The notes beneath the pieces are model-generated. The model was not told the origin of the DNA. It searched no databases and was given only the letters and a program-made list of their open reading frames with translations. This document shows positions 49,090 through 63,049 of a DNA stretch of 64,000 nt, in pieces; positions within the stretch are counted from its first letter, which is position 1; every line of letters starts with the position of its first letter. The position numbers and the translations under genes were made by a program. Origin of the DNA: Octopus bimaculoides (lineage: Eukaryota); NCBI RefSeq assembly GCF_001194135.2, contig NC_068983.1, forward strand, positions 142,029,600 through 142,093,599, read 5' to 3'.

Positions 49090-49712
49090 CATGTTGCAGC
49101 TGATGACTTGGTTCTTAAAGCAAAATCTGTAGAAGAGTTGAAGCAGAAATTCCAGGCATAAATGCAAAATATGTAATTGAAGAGCCTTGAGGTAACAAAA
49201 ACAAATGTAGGAAGGAAGACAGAACCTTGATATCTTCAGTGAACTTGCTATACTCTGTAAGCAGTAACAGAGTTGGTAGAAATATCATATGTTGCTCAGT
49301 GCAAACTAGGGACACAGAAGAGGTGCAGTAGGATTACAGGCAGGCTCACAAAGAAAGTAGGTTTCATATGCAGCAGGTACACGAGGGTGATAAGTACTAA
49401 GTGCACTTGGGAAATAGATTCTCTGAAATGTAAAGAACTGATTGGAAAAAGTTTAGGGAGTTTTATCTCTGTTGACAACGTAGGGCTTCTCTCTGAGAGA
49501 CAAAGCAAGTTAAGCTGCGTGACAAAGTGAGTTAAACTGAAATCAGGTGTAGTTTAAATAAGAAGGCTGTACTGCTAATGGCTATACTCTGTATATGGAG
49601 GATGACAGCTGCTTAAGAAAGTGCTGAGCACACATTGAATAGTATTTGTGGAAGAGAGATTGAGGAAGACTTGGGATGAGGTGATAAAAAATTATCTCAA
49701 GAAGTTACATCT
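49090..49712 (+). mobile_element. RTE LINE RT-to-C-terminus fragment, heavily deleted
   Basis: AADDLVLKAKSVEELKQKFQ, QCKLGTQKRCSRITGRL, RKTWDEVIK; same family as 37095-39745. Confidence 0.75.
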
Positions 49713-49719
49713 TCTTTAA

Positions 49720-49899
<180 letters not shown>

Positions 49900-49937
49900 T
49901 GGCAACATGTTATTGAGTAGGATGCAATTTATCAAGT

Positions 49938-50140
49938 AAACTCTCTACACCAAGGCTCAAAAGGTCAACTGAATAAATTCTGTACACCAAAGCCTGAAGA
50001 GGACTTCATATTATCAACCGAAATTCTGTGTACCAAGCTCCAAAAATGGACTTCAGTTTATTCATTGAATTAATTCTTTGCACTTAGCCCTCAAACAGGC
50101 TTCAATGTACCAAGTGGATTAATTCTGTGCACCAATTCCC
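49938..50140 (+). repeat. Degenerate 5-unit repeat (37-50 nt spacing) in proximal 3' UTR
   Basis: Core AATTCTGT(A/G)CACCAA-like motif at 49938, 49975, 50021, 50071, 50120. Confidence 0.65.
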
Positions 50141-51003
50141 ACAAGCCTGTCTAGCACTTACAAAATAGAAGATCTAACAAACACTTTATTTATTGAAATA
50201 TTCCTTCTATTTATTTATTTATTTATTTGATGTTAAATGACATTGTTTGCAAATGTACAGTGGCAACTCCTGAAGTGCCAGGCAAATGGAACCAAAGATG
50301 TTTTAAACTGCTAAACACATCTAGAAGTGACACATTTAGTGTCAGATTCTGTAAAATAGGACTATTTTTCTAGTGTTTTACTGCCTTTTCTCATTTTTAC
50401 TTGAGTGGTGTCTACTTGTGAATGTATGTGTGTGCATGTGCATGCCTGTGTGAGTGTTTCTAGTTGTAGACTGAAGACATTCAATGTTTCATTTTATTCT
50501 TATTGTACATATTTCTTATTTTAAAGTTAGAAACATAAAACTTTCTTCAATGTTGGTTTGAACATGTATGGAAGGAAATCATTAGAAAGTTTTGTAAAAG
50601 AAGAGAGAGAGAGAGAGAGAGAAAGAAAGATTGGTAAAAGAAAAAAAACAAACTTTTTTTTCTTTTCCATTTAATTTATATAAATTGAAAAAAAAGTTTT
50701 CTGTTTAAATGTTATTTATTTATATGATACAGAAATACACATATTTTCTTGAAAAGAAATCNNNNNNNNNNNNNNNNNNNNNNNNNNNNNNNNNNNNNNN
50801 NNNNNNNNNNNNNNNNNNNNNNNNNNNNNNNNNNNNNNNNNNNNNNNNNNNNNNNNNNNNNNNNNNNNNNNNNNNNNNNNNNNNNNNNNNNNNNNNNNNN
50901 NNNNNNNNNNNNNNNNNNNNNNNNNNNNNNNNNNNNNNNNNNNNNNNNNNNNNNNNNNNNNNNNNNNNNNNNNNNNNNNNNNNNNNNNNNNNNNNNNNNN
51001 NNN

Positions 51004-51041
<38 letters not shown>

Positions 51042-54000
51042 CAAATTTCCAACTGTGCCCACATTATGAAAATGGAAAAAACAAAAAAATTAAAGAAATA
51101 TTCTCTGAAATCAACTTTGCACTTTTGAAATTGTTTCTGATGTATAAGAAAACATAAACGTGTATTTATATTGTTGATGATGATGATGATGATGATGATG
51201 GGAATATGATAATGATGTGGGACAGTGTTTGATATACTTTGTGAAATAGGGGAAATTGTGTAGTTTTGTATTTCAGTTACATCACTGTTGTGAAAGGAAA
51301 CAAGATGGAAAACATTTCATCTGTACTCAGCTGTGAGATTTCGTTCTACTTGGTTAACAGTTCACGTCTAAATGGAGAAAGACAAATGTTAAGATGTGCA
51401 ACGAAATGCCTTTAGTCTCATCATTCTACATTCTAAGTTGAAATCCTACCAGAGTCAATAAAATAAGTACACAGCATGTACCCAAGTTGATTAAAACATC
51501 TCTACCTCTCTTGTGTCTCACACATATTTTGTTCGCTTGTGCCAGAATAAGAAATCAAAGGTGGAATAGCAGAAACAGTAGAGTCCTGCATTGAATGGTT
51601 TCTAATATAGTTTCATTGATCTCTCTTCTGAGTTTAAATCTTGCCAAGGTTGAGTTAGCATTTTTCCCACCAAAGTCAATAAATAGCTCTGATATTACTG
51701 AATGCTCATTGAATACTAATCCCTTATAAATTTCTAGACTTGTGTTAAAGGGCTGATACATAAATGTTATGGTATCTATAATACATTCTTGCAGTTGGAA
51801 TTTTCTTGGGGTCAGCTTTACTCTTATCCTTCCCTATTCTATCATATAAGTAACAACAATAGACTGTTTGGGTTAATTTTATATATTTTCCTACTTATAA
51901 AGAAATTATTTCTTGCTAAGAAAAAGAATTATTGTTGTTATTATTGTGAGAGCAGAAGAGTGTGGAATTACAGAACTGGTGAGAGAGCAATGAACTAAAT
52001 TTTTAACAGTAATGAGTTAAACTTTATCAGAGTTCACCTCATTCTGGGAGTCAATAAAAATCAATTGTATCTTTTCTCTAGAAATTGGTACAGTTGTTTG
52101 GAAATTAAGTCTGCTATAAATTTTGAGTCCTTTTTTTGTGACTTCTTGACTTTTTAATCTTCTTGTAAGATAAACCTAAACTGTGAACATTACATTTCCT
52201 TTCACTTAACTGTGTACATAAAGTTATCACTTATCCCTTCTGTTGTGCTAAATGAAAATTTATAATAGACTTCAATTTTTAAATGAATCAGATTTCTAAC
52301 TGTCAAATAACTCAGAGGTAAAAAAGGGAAGACCATGTATTGTATACAAGGAAAGGTAGATGGGATGTGACCATAATCCTTCCAAGTCGTCTTAGATTAC
52401 TGAGTTCAGTTCAGTTGATGTTCAGCTTGAACTAAGTCTGTATGGCACATAAGGGATATGAAAGATGGTTTGATTTAAATAGAAATGGTATATAACTAAC
52501 TGGTTGAGATGAACGACAACTATTGTAATTGCAATGTAACTGACAGTAAGGGCACAGCACATTTAGTGGTTCTAGCATGCCGTGGTGAATTGAAGGGTTG
52601 TCTGTCAGTCAGATGACCTTCTTTTAGAAGCAGTCTAGTGTTTTGTGCTTGTGGTAGCTGCTCACTAGTAATATGTGAGTAGTATTGTTATGTGACACAC
52701 ACTTGTTCTTTTTAGTTGGCTGACAACTTAAGAGTGGAAGTCTAAGAACAAATCCTTTGGTAAGCACCATGTTGCAGAAGTCTATTTTCAGAAAAGCAAG
52801 TTGACAAACTTATTTCAATTCCAGCAGATTTACTGTTTTCACGTCATCACTGGTCTGAAGAAAATGCTTTAATATCATATTTCCATTTTCTTTCTTTTAA
52901 AAACACTTGAGCTAAGTCCATGACCCAGTTTTAGATTTTCAGATGTTGTGATGTTGATGCCTGTTTCCTCTTTACTATATGTTTTCAAGCACTGTGCCTA
53001 GTGAAAACAAGACAATTATTAGAGATGCAATTGGCTATGTAAAAAAAACAAACAAACAAAAACAACGGACTTTCGGTTTACATTACTATACTTAGAGTAC
53101 TGGATTGTGTTACTGGGCAAAATATTTAAAACTACTTAAGTTTGGAGCCAAAGTGTTAGAACATGGGGGAAATATCCTGTGGTATTTTTCTGTGTTCAAA
53201 AACTGCAGTGGTCAACTTTGCCTTTCATCTTTTCAAGGTTGATAAACTAACAGTCAGCTGCTGGAGTTGATGTTATTGACTAACTTCTCAAAACTATTGA
53301 CCTTGTGCCTAAATCAGAAACAATTATTATCATTATTAAGCTGGTGAGCATTGGACAAAATGATTTGTTGCATTTCTTCTGATTCGTTATGTTCTGAGTT
53401 GAAATTCCACTGAGGTCAGCTTTACATTTCATCTTTTTGGAGTTAATAAAATAAAGTTCCAGTCAAATACTGGAGTTGATATAATAAATTTATCCCCNNN
53501 NNNNNNNNNNNNNNNNNNNNNNNNNNNNNNNNNNNNNNNNNNNNNNNNNNNNNNNNNNNNNNNNNNNNNNNNNNNNNNNNNNNNNNNNNNNNNNNNNNNN
53601 NNNNNNNNNNNNNNNNNNNNNNNNNNNNNNNNNNNNNNNNNNNNNNNNNNNNNNNNNNNNNNNNNNNNNNNNNNNNNNNNNNNNNNNNNNNNNNNNNNNN
53701 NNNNNNNNNNNNNNNNNNNNNNNNNNNNNNNNNNNNNNNNNNNNNNNNNNNNNNNNNNNNNNNNNNNNNNNNNNNNNNNNNNNNNNNNNNNNNNNNNNNN
53801 NNNNNNNNNNNNNNNNNNNNNNNNNNNNNNNNNNNNNNNNNNNNNNNNNNNNNNNNNNNNNNNNNNNNNNNNNNNNNNNNNNNNNNNNNNNNNNNNNNNN
53901 NNNNNNNNNTTTTTTTTTTTTTTTTTTGGTAAAAACATTTAATTCTCTATCCATACAGCAACAGACAATCAGATATCACTCTGTTCTCTCTTTTCTTTTT

Positions 54001-54404
54001 GTATGTGCATTTTCTGCAATTTAGCAATAAACACATTGGAATATCTAAGAAAATTGCAAATCCAAGTTTTGAAGTTGAAAAAAACTGCAATGCTTAACTT
54101 TGATTAACATCTCTATCTTGTATAAGTCTTCTTTTTTTTTTCAATTCTTTTCTTTTAGTATTCATTGTTGGCAATATGGTTCTTTGTTCAACATTTATAC
54201 AGGCCATGTACACTTTATTTAAATGAATACCATAGAGTCATATTTATATCCCTCCATACACATTTATTTTGTGATCTGGTGCGAAAGACATTATTGGAGA
54301 ATATATTGCACCTTTGCCATCCACCACCCAAAATAACAGCCATGTATTGGAGTTAATATAAACAACTGTATCCTGTCCCCTAAAATATAAATGTTTGTGC
54401 TTTA

Positions 54405-54855
54405 TCATCATCATTGGTTAACACTCTCCATGCTAGCATGGGTTTGATGGTTTGACATGGAAGTGGCTAGCAGGGAGCTGTCCTGACTCCAACTGTCTGC
54501 TACGGCATGGTTTCTATGGCTGGATGCCCTTCCTAATGCCAACCACATAACAGAGTGTGCTGGGTGTTTTTATGTGCTTTTTAAGTGGCACCGGCACCTG
54601 AAAGGACAAGCCTGTACATGTGGAAGACAGATTTTACTTAGCTTGATGTGTCTTATCAAGTACAACAAATCACCACATCTCCCAGTCCCTTGTCATTTCC
54701 TGAATGAGGCCCAGTGTCCAAAGATCTTTTCTCACCACTTCATCCCATGTCTTCCTGGGTCTACCCTTTCCACAAGTACCCTCCACAATTAGAGCTCTGC
54801 ACTGTTTTATGCAGTTGTCCTCATCCATATACATCACATGACCAAACCAGCACAT
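54405..54855 (-). mobile_element. RTE LINE 3' end contiguous with the (GAT)n tail
   Basis: Tracked ORF 54670..54855 WFGHVMYMDEDNCIKQC...GKGRPRKTWDEVVRKDL, then 3' UTR with TTAGGAAGGGCATCCAGCC and (GAT)n. Confidence 0.85.
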
Positions 54856-55129
54856 TAGAAATTATTAGTTTTAAAACAATGGAGTAACTTTTGACTTTCA
54901 TTTCCTCTTGTTTTGATTGAATAAGCACATACTGTACTGTGATCAAATCAACTTTACATGGTTTTTGTCAAATATGAGAAATTATTATTACTAGCATTGA
55001 AGGGTAGTGGATTGGCACAATTGTTAGTCCATCTATCCATTTTCTCAACCCTCTATTCCTGAGAGTGTCATGGGGGTAGAGTCCTCAGGATCCTACGGAA
55101 GAGGTGTCTATCAGAAGCAACCATCATTA

Positions 55130-55600
55130 GACTTTCCAGCAGGATTATCGAACCATCTTATTGCAAAGACTGAGACATTAGTCCGCTCAAGAAAGTCTTC
55201 CCAGTACACTCTGTATGTTAGTAGAACATCATTGAGACAAGTGGAAACGTGTAAGTATCTTGGGGGCCATATGCACAAGTGATGGAAAACAGTAGACTGA
55301 ATTGGTTGCTAGAATCACAGGTGGTGGCACAGTAACATGTCTGCTCCAGCATTCAATCTTCAGAAGAGGAGAGGTTGGTAAAAAAGCCACCAAATTTGTT
55401 ATCTTCAAATCAGTTTTCATACCTATCCTCACCTATGGTCATGAATGTTGGGTAATGACCTAAGATGTACAAATACAAGCGGCCAAAATGGGGTTCCTCC
55501 AAAAGATCTCTGGAGTAGTGTTATTCAACAGGATGTATAGCTCAGAGATTAGGGAGTGTCTATAGGTCAAAGTCACTACCAATTCACATTCAGAGGTCAC
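55130..55600 (+). mobile_element. Rex3/Expander-like RTE LINE fragment
   Basis: AKTETLVRSRK...LRQVETCKYLG...TSDGK and FKSVFIPILTYGHECWVMT...IQAAKMGFL; frameshifted. Confidence 0.75.
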
Positions 55601-56215
55601 AGCTCCAGTGCTACAGACATATGACCAGAAAATTGTTAGTGTCAAACAAAATACCTCATTACAGCTCTTTGCATTCTGAGTTCAAATCTCACCAAGGTTA
55701 ACTTTACCTCTCATCCTTTCAGGTTTGATAAAGCACCACTCAAGTACTGGGATTGATGTAATTGACCAGCTATTCCTACCTAAACTTTCAAGAGCTGACT
55801 CATGAACTGTAGTGTATTATATCTTTCATCAAGACTCTTAAAATGGTAGTGGAGTTATAGAATTGATATTTAATCTCATCACTGTTTATAGTTCAGTTTT
55901 AGTCTGGATCAACTTTGCTTTCTTTTTTTCAAATTTGATCAAATATGTTACTGTAGTATGCTGGAGTAATTTGAACTTCTATTGCTGGCCTTGTGCCAGT
56001 GTATGGAATCACCATTATTACTCTCATGTCCTATGTACTGTTGTTCTTATTCATGGGTATATCTGATTGCTACATTTAAATCATCAATGTCTTAAAGGAA
56101 GAATTTAAAGTTAAATTTGTTGTTCAGAAGCAGAATGCAGTAGTTGCTGTTGTGGTTGCCACATGGTCAAACATCAGACTAAGTATCTGGTATTTAGTTT
56201 TGTCTCACAAAGGAA

Positions 56216-56338
56216 CAGGCATGGGTGTGTGGTTGAGGAGCTTGCTCCCAACCAATGGTCTTTGGTTCAGTTTCACTGCATGGGCCAACCAAAGCATTGT
56301 AAGTGGATTTAGCAGATGGAAACTGAAAGAAGCCTATC

Positions 56339-56375
<37 letters not shown>

Positions 56376-56659
56376 GGGCTTTTCAGTTTCTACCTACCAA
56401 ATGTGTGTGTGTGCATATGTGTATATGTTTGTGTGTACCCTTGTCTTGACTTCTGTGATGGTTGTAAACATACATCACTATCATACAAGTGATGTTGTTT
56501 ATTTCCAATCTTCCTCAAAGAACTTGTCTGATCATGTGGAAATTTTACCTTGCCTGAAAACAGACGAGGGTTGGTGACAGGAAGGGCATCCTGCCACAGC
56601 GAATTCCATCCGACTCATACAAACATACTAAAAGTGGATGTTGAATGATGGTGATGGTC
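56216..56659 (+). mobile_element. SINE head H1 - TA/GT hinge - (GAT)-type tail
   Basis: GGCATGGGTGTGTGGTTGAGGAGCTTGCT...GGAAACTGAAAGAAGCC(TG/TA)n...GGTTGGTGACAGGAAGGGCATCC. Confidence 0.75.
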
Positions 56660-59249
56660 TCTGCATTCTGAATTAATAATCCCTCTAGAGTCGACTTTGC
56701 TTTTAATTAGCATGTACTAATCATATACTAAGGTCGGTTCAATTAATATAGTTCTCTCCTATAAACTTGTGGCTTAATGCCTATGCCTATACAAGAAATT
56801 ATTATTCTTATTATTGGCAAGTATCAAGACAGTCTTAGGAACTTGGTGAACTGTCTGCAAATAAGCGTCAATTCCAGATTGAAATCTCTGGTCGTGTGAT
56901 AAATATACAAGAACCCCTGCTGTTTTAAAATGTTCTGCAAGTGTCATAGAGCAGATGATATAAAGATTCATGTGAATTGAATTAGCAACCTGGTTTAGAT
57001 TGTTGTTATACTTTTATTTTATTTCATGTTACTTGTTAATGTGCTGAGAAATGCATGAATATCACAACTACAATCACTTTCCTGAAAGCAGTAACTGATT
57101 ACCCAGGAAATGTTACTATTGTAATGAACAGAGTAAATATTCATCTTTTATTAAAAATCTCTATTACCCTAGTGCATGGGATAAATTAATATTCATACTT
57201 TAATCGGAATGTAGTTATTTTTTTATCAAAAGTCTTTTTTTTTTTTACTTATTATTCTCTTCACTCAGATAAATGAAATCTGTCTACAAGTGTATGGGAT
57301 TAGTAAATAAAAAAATCGTTATTTTGTTCTCTTTATTTCATTAGGATATAGGATAAATAAATATTTATCTTAACACCCCCAATATCAGACTGTTGTAAGA
57401 AACACTAATGATGAAGCTATTGGTACAAGAAGAAAAATAGCTTAACTAATCTTATGTCATGGTTGGTTTCTCTGAGCTATTAACATGGTTGACATATTTG
57501 TCAAATCTTAGGGAAGGGTGAAACATAGTGCCAACCATATACTGTGATCATGGTAACCTAGAATATTTTCTTTGTTATTACAAAAACAGGAATGTATCTA
57601 AGATAAAAGTTATTAATTTGGTTAAGTTGTTGACTAATTTTTATAATTGTGAAAGTTAATAATTTGGCAGAAATGGCTTTTCATAATTTTGGGGTTGATA
57701 AATTTGACTATACCTTCCTTAAACATTTATGTTGTACCTATGTTAGAAATCTTTATTATAAGTATTAACACTTCTAATCTAATGTCTTAATAGACTCAAA
57801 AAGCATAACAGGATTAATCTAGTCCATCTTGTGAAAGGAAATACTCATTGTCATAAAGACTATTAATTTGATAAACTACTGCATGTTGGATTCATCTGTA
57901 CCTAACTTTTGTTAATTCTTAAGGCAATACATATTTAGTAAGTGGCTTTACAGTGTAAAAAAAAAATTAGGAGAATTGTTTCTGTTTTTATTTTCTCTAG
58001 TATAAGATGCCATAGTGAAAAGTGTGAACTCTTAAGCTGTGGCAGAGTGGATAATATAAGGTTCCTAGTATATGAGAATAGTTAATGAGTGTCTTCTTGA
58101 AACAGACGTTGTACTGTTTACTCAGAAGAGAATTCTTCTCCATTTGGAAAATAGTCTTTATGTCTAGGATTACTGCCTTTTACCTCAACTCTTTAACATT
58201 CAAACTTGTCATTTAAAATCCATCACAAAGCACTAACTCTAAAAAGAGAACCGATGCAGCCACTAGATCTACTAGAAATAGCAACCAAATGTTCTTTACT
58301 GTCTTCACAAAAATGGAGAACACATTAGATTATGTAGTCATGGATACTCTACGTGTGGTGATGGGGAGGGATCTAATTTGGAACATCGTTCATTTTGAGT
58401 TATGACTATAAGACCTGTCTAATCAAACTTTCTGAGAAGCCATTGTATCTTGATTGGATTCATGCATGTGATGGGCTCCTGAGAAGCTTAACAGTATGAG
58501 TGATAGGTCAGTATTGGTCAACATCAGAACTGATGACATCTCGGAAATATAAACGTTTGCCCTTGACTTGATATCTTCATATGAAGTTAAATCCTCCTGT
58601 CGTAGCATGTTCGTCAACTGATTAGCTATACCATTGAATTACAGAGCAGGGTTAAGCTAATCTGATTTCGTGGAATGATAGAAGTCTTTGAAACTGATAG
58701 ATCGATCACTGTCTTGAATTGTTCCTGTGTTGATTTGCCGTAACTGAAAAATGGTATCTATCTTAGCTGTTCTAAATCAGAGAGTATCGGAGTGAGTCAT
58801 AAGTCATTTGAGTTTCAGAACATCGTTCCCAATGTCCACTTCTTTGTTGTAAAGCAATGTCACCTCATTCATTCAACTAAGTTCAAACACATTGATACTA
58901 CTTTATGTTATGCAAACTCCCAAAGTGAAATGGCAAATAATAATATATACGATTTTGTGGATGTTCGTTTTGTAGTTTCTGAATAAAATGTAGACACACG
59001 GAAACGACTTGTATTTAAATATACAGATGTATATGAAGCCAACATTTCACATTTCCTAACTAAATTTTATGTCTTCGATCTTCAGATAAAGAAACCTATT
59101 ATTTTAATTACGATTTATAGACAAAATAGCAATAAGAGCGCTTTTGGTTTGGTACAGAAGAATAAAGAAATTACGGAAGATAACGTAATGGAAAAATAGT
59201 TATAAAAAACCTAACGGAATAAGAAATAGCTATGATAATAAATAAAGTT

Positions 59250-60240
59250 ATGAAAATATCTTTCAAGCGGCTGCAACCGAGATGTGTCTCACAATACTGT
59301 GCCAGGAACTTCTGCAACCCCGTTAGCTTTGGTGGATCTTCAGTTTCGAGTGTCTCTACCCATAAAATCAGTGTAATTGAGTAATCCCCCTCTATTAGGG
59401 TGCGGGATTGTCCAAAATATAATATTCGATATGGTCTGTTATTCAACATGATAGCAGTGACTAGCAAGGCCTACCCTGTACTGAGCAATAATAGAGATAG
59501 ACGGGATGTGCTCGTAAATATCTATGAGATGTTTTGAACATTCATGAGAAATAAGTACCATCAAGGCGATCTTTAAACTCCTTCGTAGTTCAGGTTTAAG
59601 CTCCATTAAGAAACCCCTCTACATATGCCATGAAGAAAGAAAACCTTATTGACTTTGATATATTTGATTGCCAGATATTTTGAAGCTACTTACAGACACT
59701 CTTGACTTGTCTCTTAACTGCCAGGAAATCATATTGTAAGCTATGTAAGACCTAAGGTAAAGTTCTTGACCGTCTTGTGTTGTGTGCCATCATTGAACTA
59801 AATTGGCACGTGGCTTTTATTCACCTTCATTGATGGCCAGGTAACAAGTCTTTGTATTGAGAAACAAACCGACTCTAGCCGCAATATTCTCAGATGGTGT
59901 TACTAAATCTTGCGCATTATACAGTTGAGATGTGAGGGTGAGATCATCAGTATAATCAAGGTCGGAGAGATATACCCTCTGCTGAAGTCTTAATTGTTTC
60001 TGCTTGATAGTGAGCGATTTGTTTTGGATGCAGTCAAGACTTTACTCAAGTCCACTAAAAGCACAAAGAAGAAAGTGCTAGGGTGCCTCTCTGAAGGGTT
60101 CCTATCGTTGGAAACTCTTTAGTTGCACCGTCTGTGCTTTGCACAAAGCTTGATGGGTTTTTGCATTTGATGGTGATAGCTTTGACACTCTCGCCTGTGT
60201 TTGACTCACGTAAGTTTCTGTGTGCAGAAGCTGAGAACAA
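59250..60240 (-). mobile_element. Decayed RTE-X-like LINE RT/C-terminal region
   Basis: Minus-strand remnants DGATKEF...GTL(A), LSDLDYTDDL, AARVGLFLNTK, NIWQSNISK, GLASHCYH..TISNIIFW; clade call tentative. Confidence 0.65.
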
Positions 60241-60309
60241 TAGGAAAGAGCTTGTAGAAAAACCTCGGCTCGGTTTCGAATCTAGGGTAAGAATCTAGGA
60301 AGCTATTCG

Positions 60310-60342
<33 letters not shown>

Positions 60343-60813
60343 TGAGAATAGATAGATATTTGGAATGGTATTTTGATTACAATTTCACATTAAAAATGTT
60401 ACCTTCGAAAAGTCAGTACGTTGTTTCAAATACCTTGAAAGACAGGATGCGATTCCTTCATCGTCTCAATTTAAATTTTCTTATATTTCTAAAGTATTCA
60501 GTTTGTTTTTTCTCTATATATCGGATTATTAATTTTTATATTGTTTTTAATACATTTCAAATATACTGGGTTACATATTCAAATATATTCAATTCAGTGA
60601 AATAGTTAAAGAATTATTTTCTATCATCTAGGTTATTTTGAAACCATATTCTAACTTTACAAAGATGTGTTTTTGAAATAACAAATTTTAATACCGACAA
60701 TATATCACTATATATCGTTTATATATTTTATGTGAAATATAATTGTCTACTGATATGATGGCAAATACTTGGCAGAGTACTTTAAGTAAATAAAATTTGG
60801 TATCATTAGAACA

Positions 60814-61173
60814 TAGGCGTGGTTGTGTGGTACGAAGTTTGCATTCAAACCACTTGGTTCAGGGTTCAGCCTCACTACATGGCACCTTGGGAAAGTGCCT
60901 TCTGCTATAGCCTCGGGTCGACCATAGTCTTGTGAGTGGATTAGGTAAACGGAAACTGAAAGAAGCCCATCGTAATATATCTATATGTTTGTCCCCACTG
61001 ATGTTGGTTTGTTTATATCCACATAACATAGAAACTCGGCAAAAAAGAGACCGAAAGAATAAGTACCAGTACTTAGAAACAATACTGGGGTCGATTTGCT
61101 TGACTAAACTCTTCAAGGTGATGCCCCAGGACGGCTGCAGTCTAAAGACTGAAAAAACTAAACGATAAAAGAT
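60814..61173 (+). mobile_element. Near-complete tRNA-SINE, head H1 with ATAAGTACC-type tail
   Basis: GGCGTGGTTGTGTGGTA...GGGTTCAGCC...GGAAACTGAAAGAAGCCC...AGAATAAGTACCAG...GGGGTCGATTTGCTTGACTAA...GACTGAAA. Confidence 0.8.
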
Positions 61174-61768
61174 ACAGAAATTTATATACTGAAGAAAGAA
61201 TAAATTTTCTGCGTAGTAATGAATTGTAATCAGGAATTTAAAACCCTGACAGGTCATTGTCCTGTTTCGCACGTTGCAAGGAGATACAATTTAATGTTTG
61301 TTTGATGACGTGCCACTCCGATATATTCAAACACACATAGTATTTCATACAGAAGTGTACAGAATAATAAAGTTGTACTATACTCATTCTTCGTCATCTT
61401 CCTTATTTTATTCAAAGACCTCATTCTAGGATCTGAAACCGTTACTTGCAAAGCTTGCCATAGAAGACGCCTCTTGGAAGATGATGCATACTGAAAGAGT
61501 AGCGTAGAAGAGACTGCAGTCTCGTATCTTCAAAGCCTTCTAGGAAGATGAGGAACTTCTTCACTGTCATTTTTAGTCCCGTTCTTCATTCAGTCTTCAC
61601 TAACTTAGGCACAATCACCGGACACACAATATGCGTGTGTGCGTGCGTGCGCGCTCATGTATAAATATAAAAGAACGATCTTATTCCTAAAAATAATTGC
61701 GTAAAAGTCGTATAGGTAAAATTAATAATATATAAGATATATAAATATGTTTATATATCTTATGTATA

Positions 61769-63004
61769 CATGGGTGTGCTGAATAGTTCAGAGGCTGACT
61801 ATGAAGGAGTGACGGTAGAGCTGTGAAATATTGCATTCATTAATTTCAGCTCTTCTTATCAATGTCTGCATTGTTTCTTTCCAGGTAAACTCACATCTAG
61901 CTGTTAAAAAAACACTTCAAAAGAAACTAGTAGTCTCTTCTGAAAATAGACAAAATTTTGCATCGTAGCGTTATCGAGTATCCGCAGAAAAAGGGTCTAG
62001 CTCCCAAAGACATTCATGCTGACACGGTTACTGCATTAAAGAATGACACCCCAGCTTTATCAACAGTGCAAAAGTGGGTAGTTGAACTTAAGAGGGGAAG
62101 AGAGTCTTAAAGATGATCCAATGCGTGGACGTCCTGCAACTGCCATCACAGAGGAAAAACATTGTGTTCACCACGAGCTGATGAATGACAAGCGATTGAC
62201 TATAAATCAGATAGCCAATACTATTAGCATGTTCCATGAGAGAGTTGAGAATTTTCTCCACAATGAACTTGACATGAGGAAGGTTTCTGCTCGGTGGGTG
62301 CTACGTCTTCTGACATCTAATCAAAAGTGCACCAGGCTGATCACATCACTGGAAAATCTGAAATTGTTTAAGGCAGATCGAGCTGGTTTCCTTGAACATT
62401 TCCTTATTCAGGATGAGTGTTGGGTTCATCACTTTGATCCAGAGACAAAGAAGCAATCCATGCAGAGGAAACACCCCTTCTCTCCTGTTCCAAAGAAGGC
62501 CAAGGTCGTTTCATCAGCAAGGAAAGTGTTTGTCTCGATTTTTTTACACTGCAAAAAGCATTGTGTCTTTTGACTATCTTCAAAAGGGGTACACCATCAA
62601 TCGAAAGTACTGCGCTAACTTTTTTAAGTAGTTACGAAAAGCTATCAAGATCGAACGCCCAGGAAAACCGACGAAAGAGGCCTTGTTTCATCAGAACAAT
62701 GCTCCAGCACACAATCTTTGGTTTCAATGGCTACTGTGTGTTATTCTGGCTTTGAACTGGATGATCACCCTCTCTATTCTCCTGATTTGGCTCCATCTGA
62801 CTATCATCTGTTCCCCATCATGAAAAACATTCGGCTGAGAACCAGGATCGACGTGATGATGACGTAATATCTGCTGTTGATGACATTTTTGACCAACAGG
62901 ATGAAAGCTTGGGATCCAACACCGATGGAAGAAGTATGCAGACCGTAAGGGGGACAATATTGAAGAATAGACTTCATTTGGTCATATCTTGGTCAGCCAC
63001 CCTC

Positions 63005-63005
<1 letters not shown>
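61769..63005 (+). mobile_element. Near-full-length (1237 bp) dead mariner, irritans-like
   Basis: TA-flanked; transposase remnants KVSARWVLRLL, QDECWVHHFDPETKKQS, FHQNNAPAH, YSPDLAPSDYHLFP; frameshifts; right TIR internally deleted. Confidence 0.9.

Positions 63006-63049
<44 letters not shown>

Noticed and set aside
59171-59467. YFGQSRTL as a GIY-YIG endonuclease motif of a Penelope element
   Set aside because: It is an off-frame reading of the decayed RTE-X-like C-terminus.
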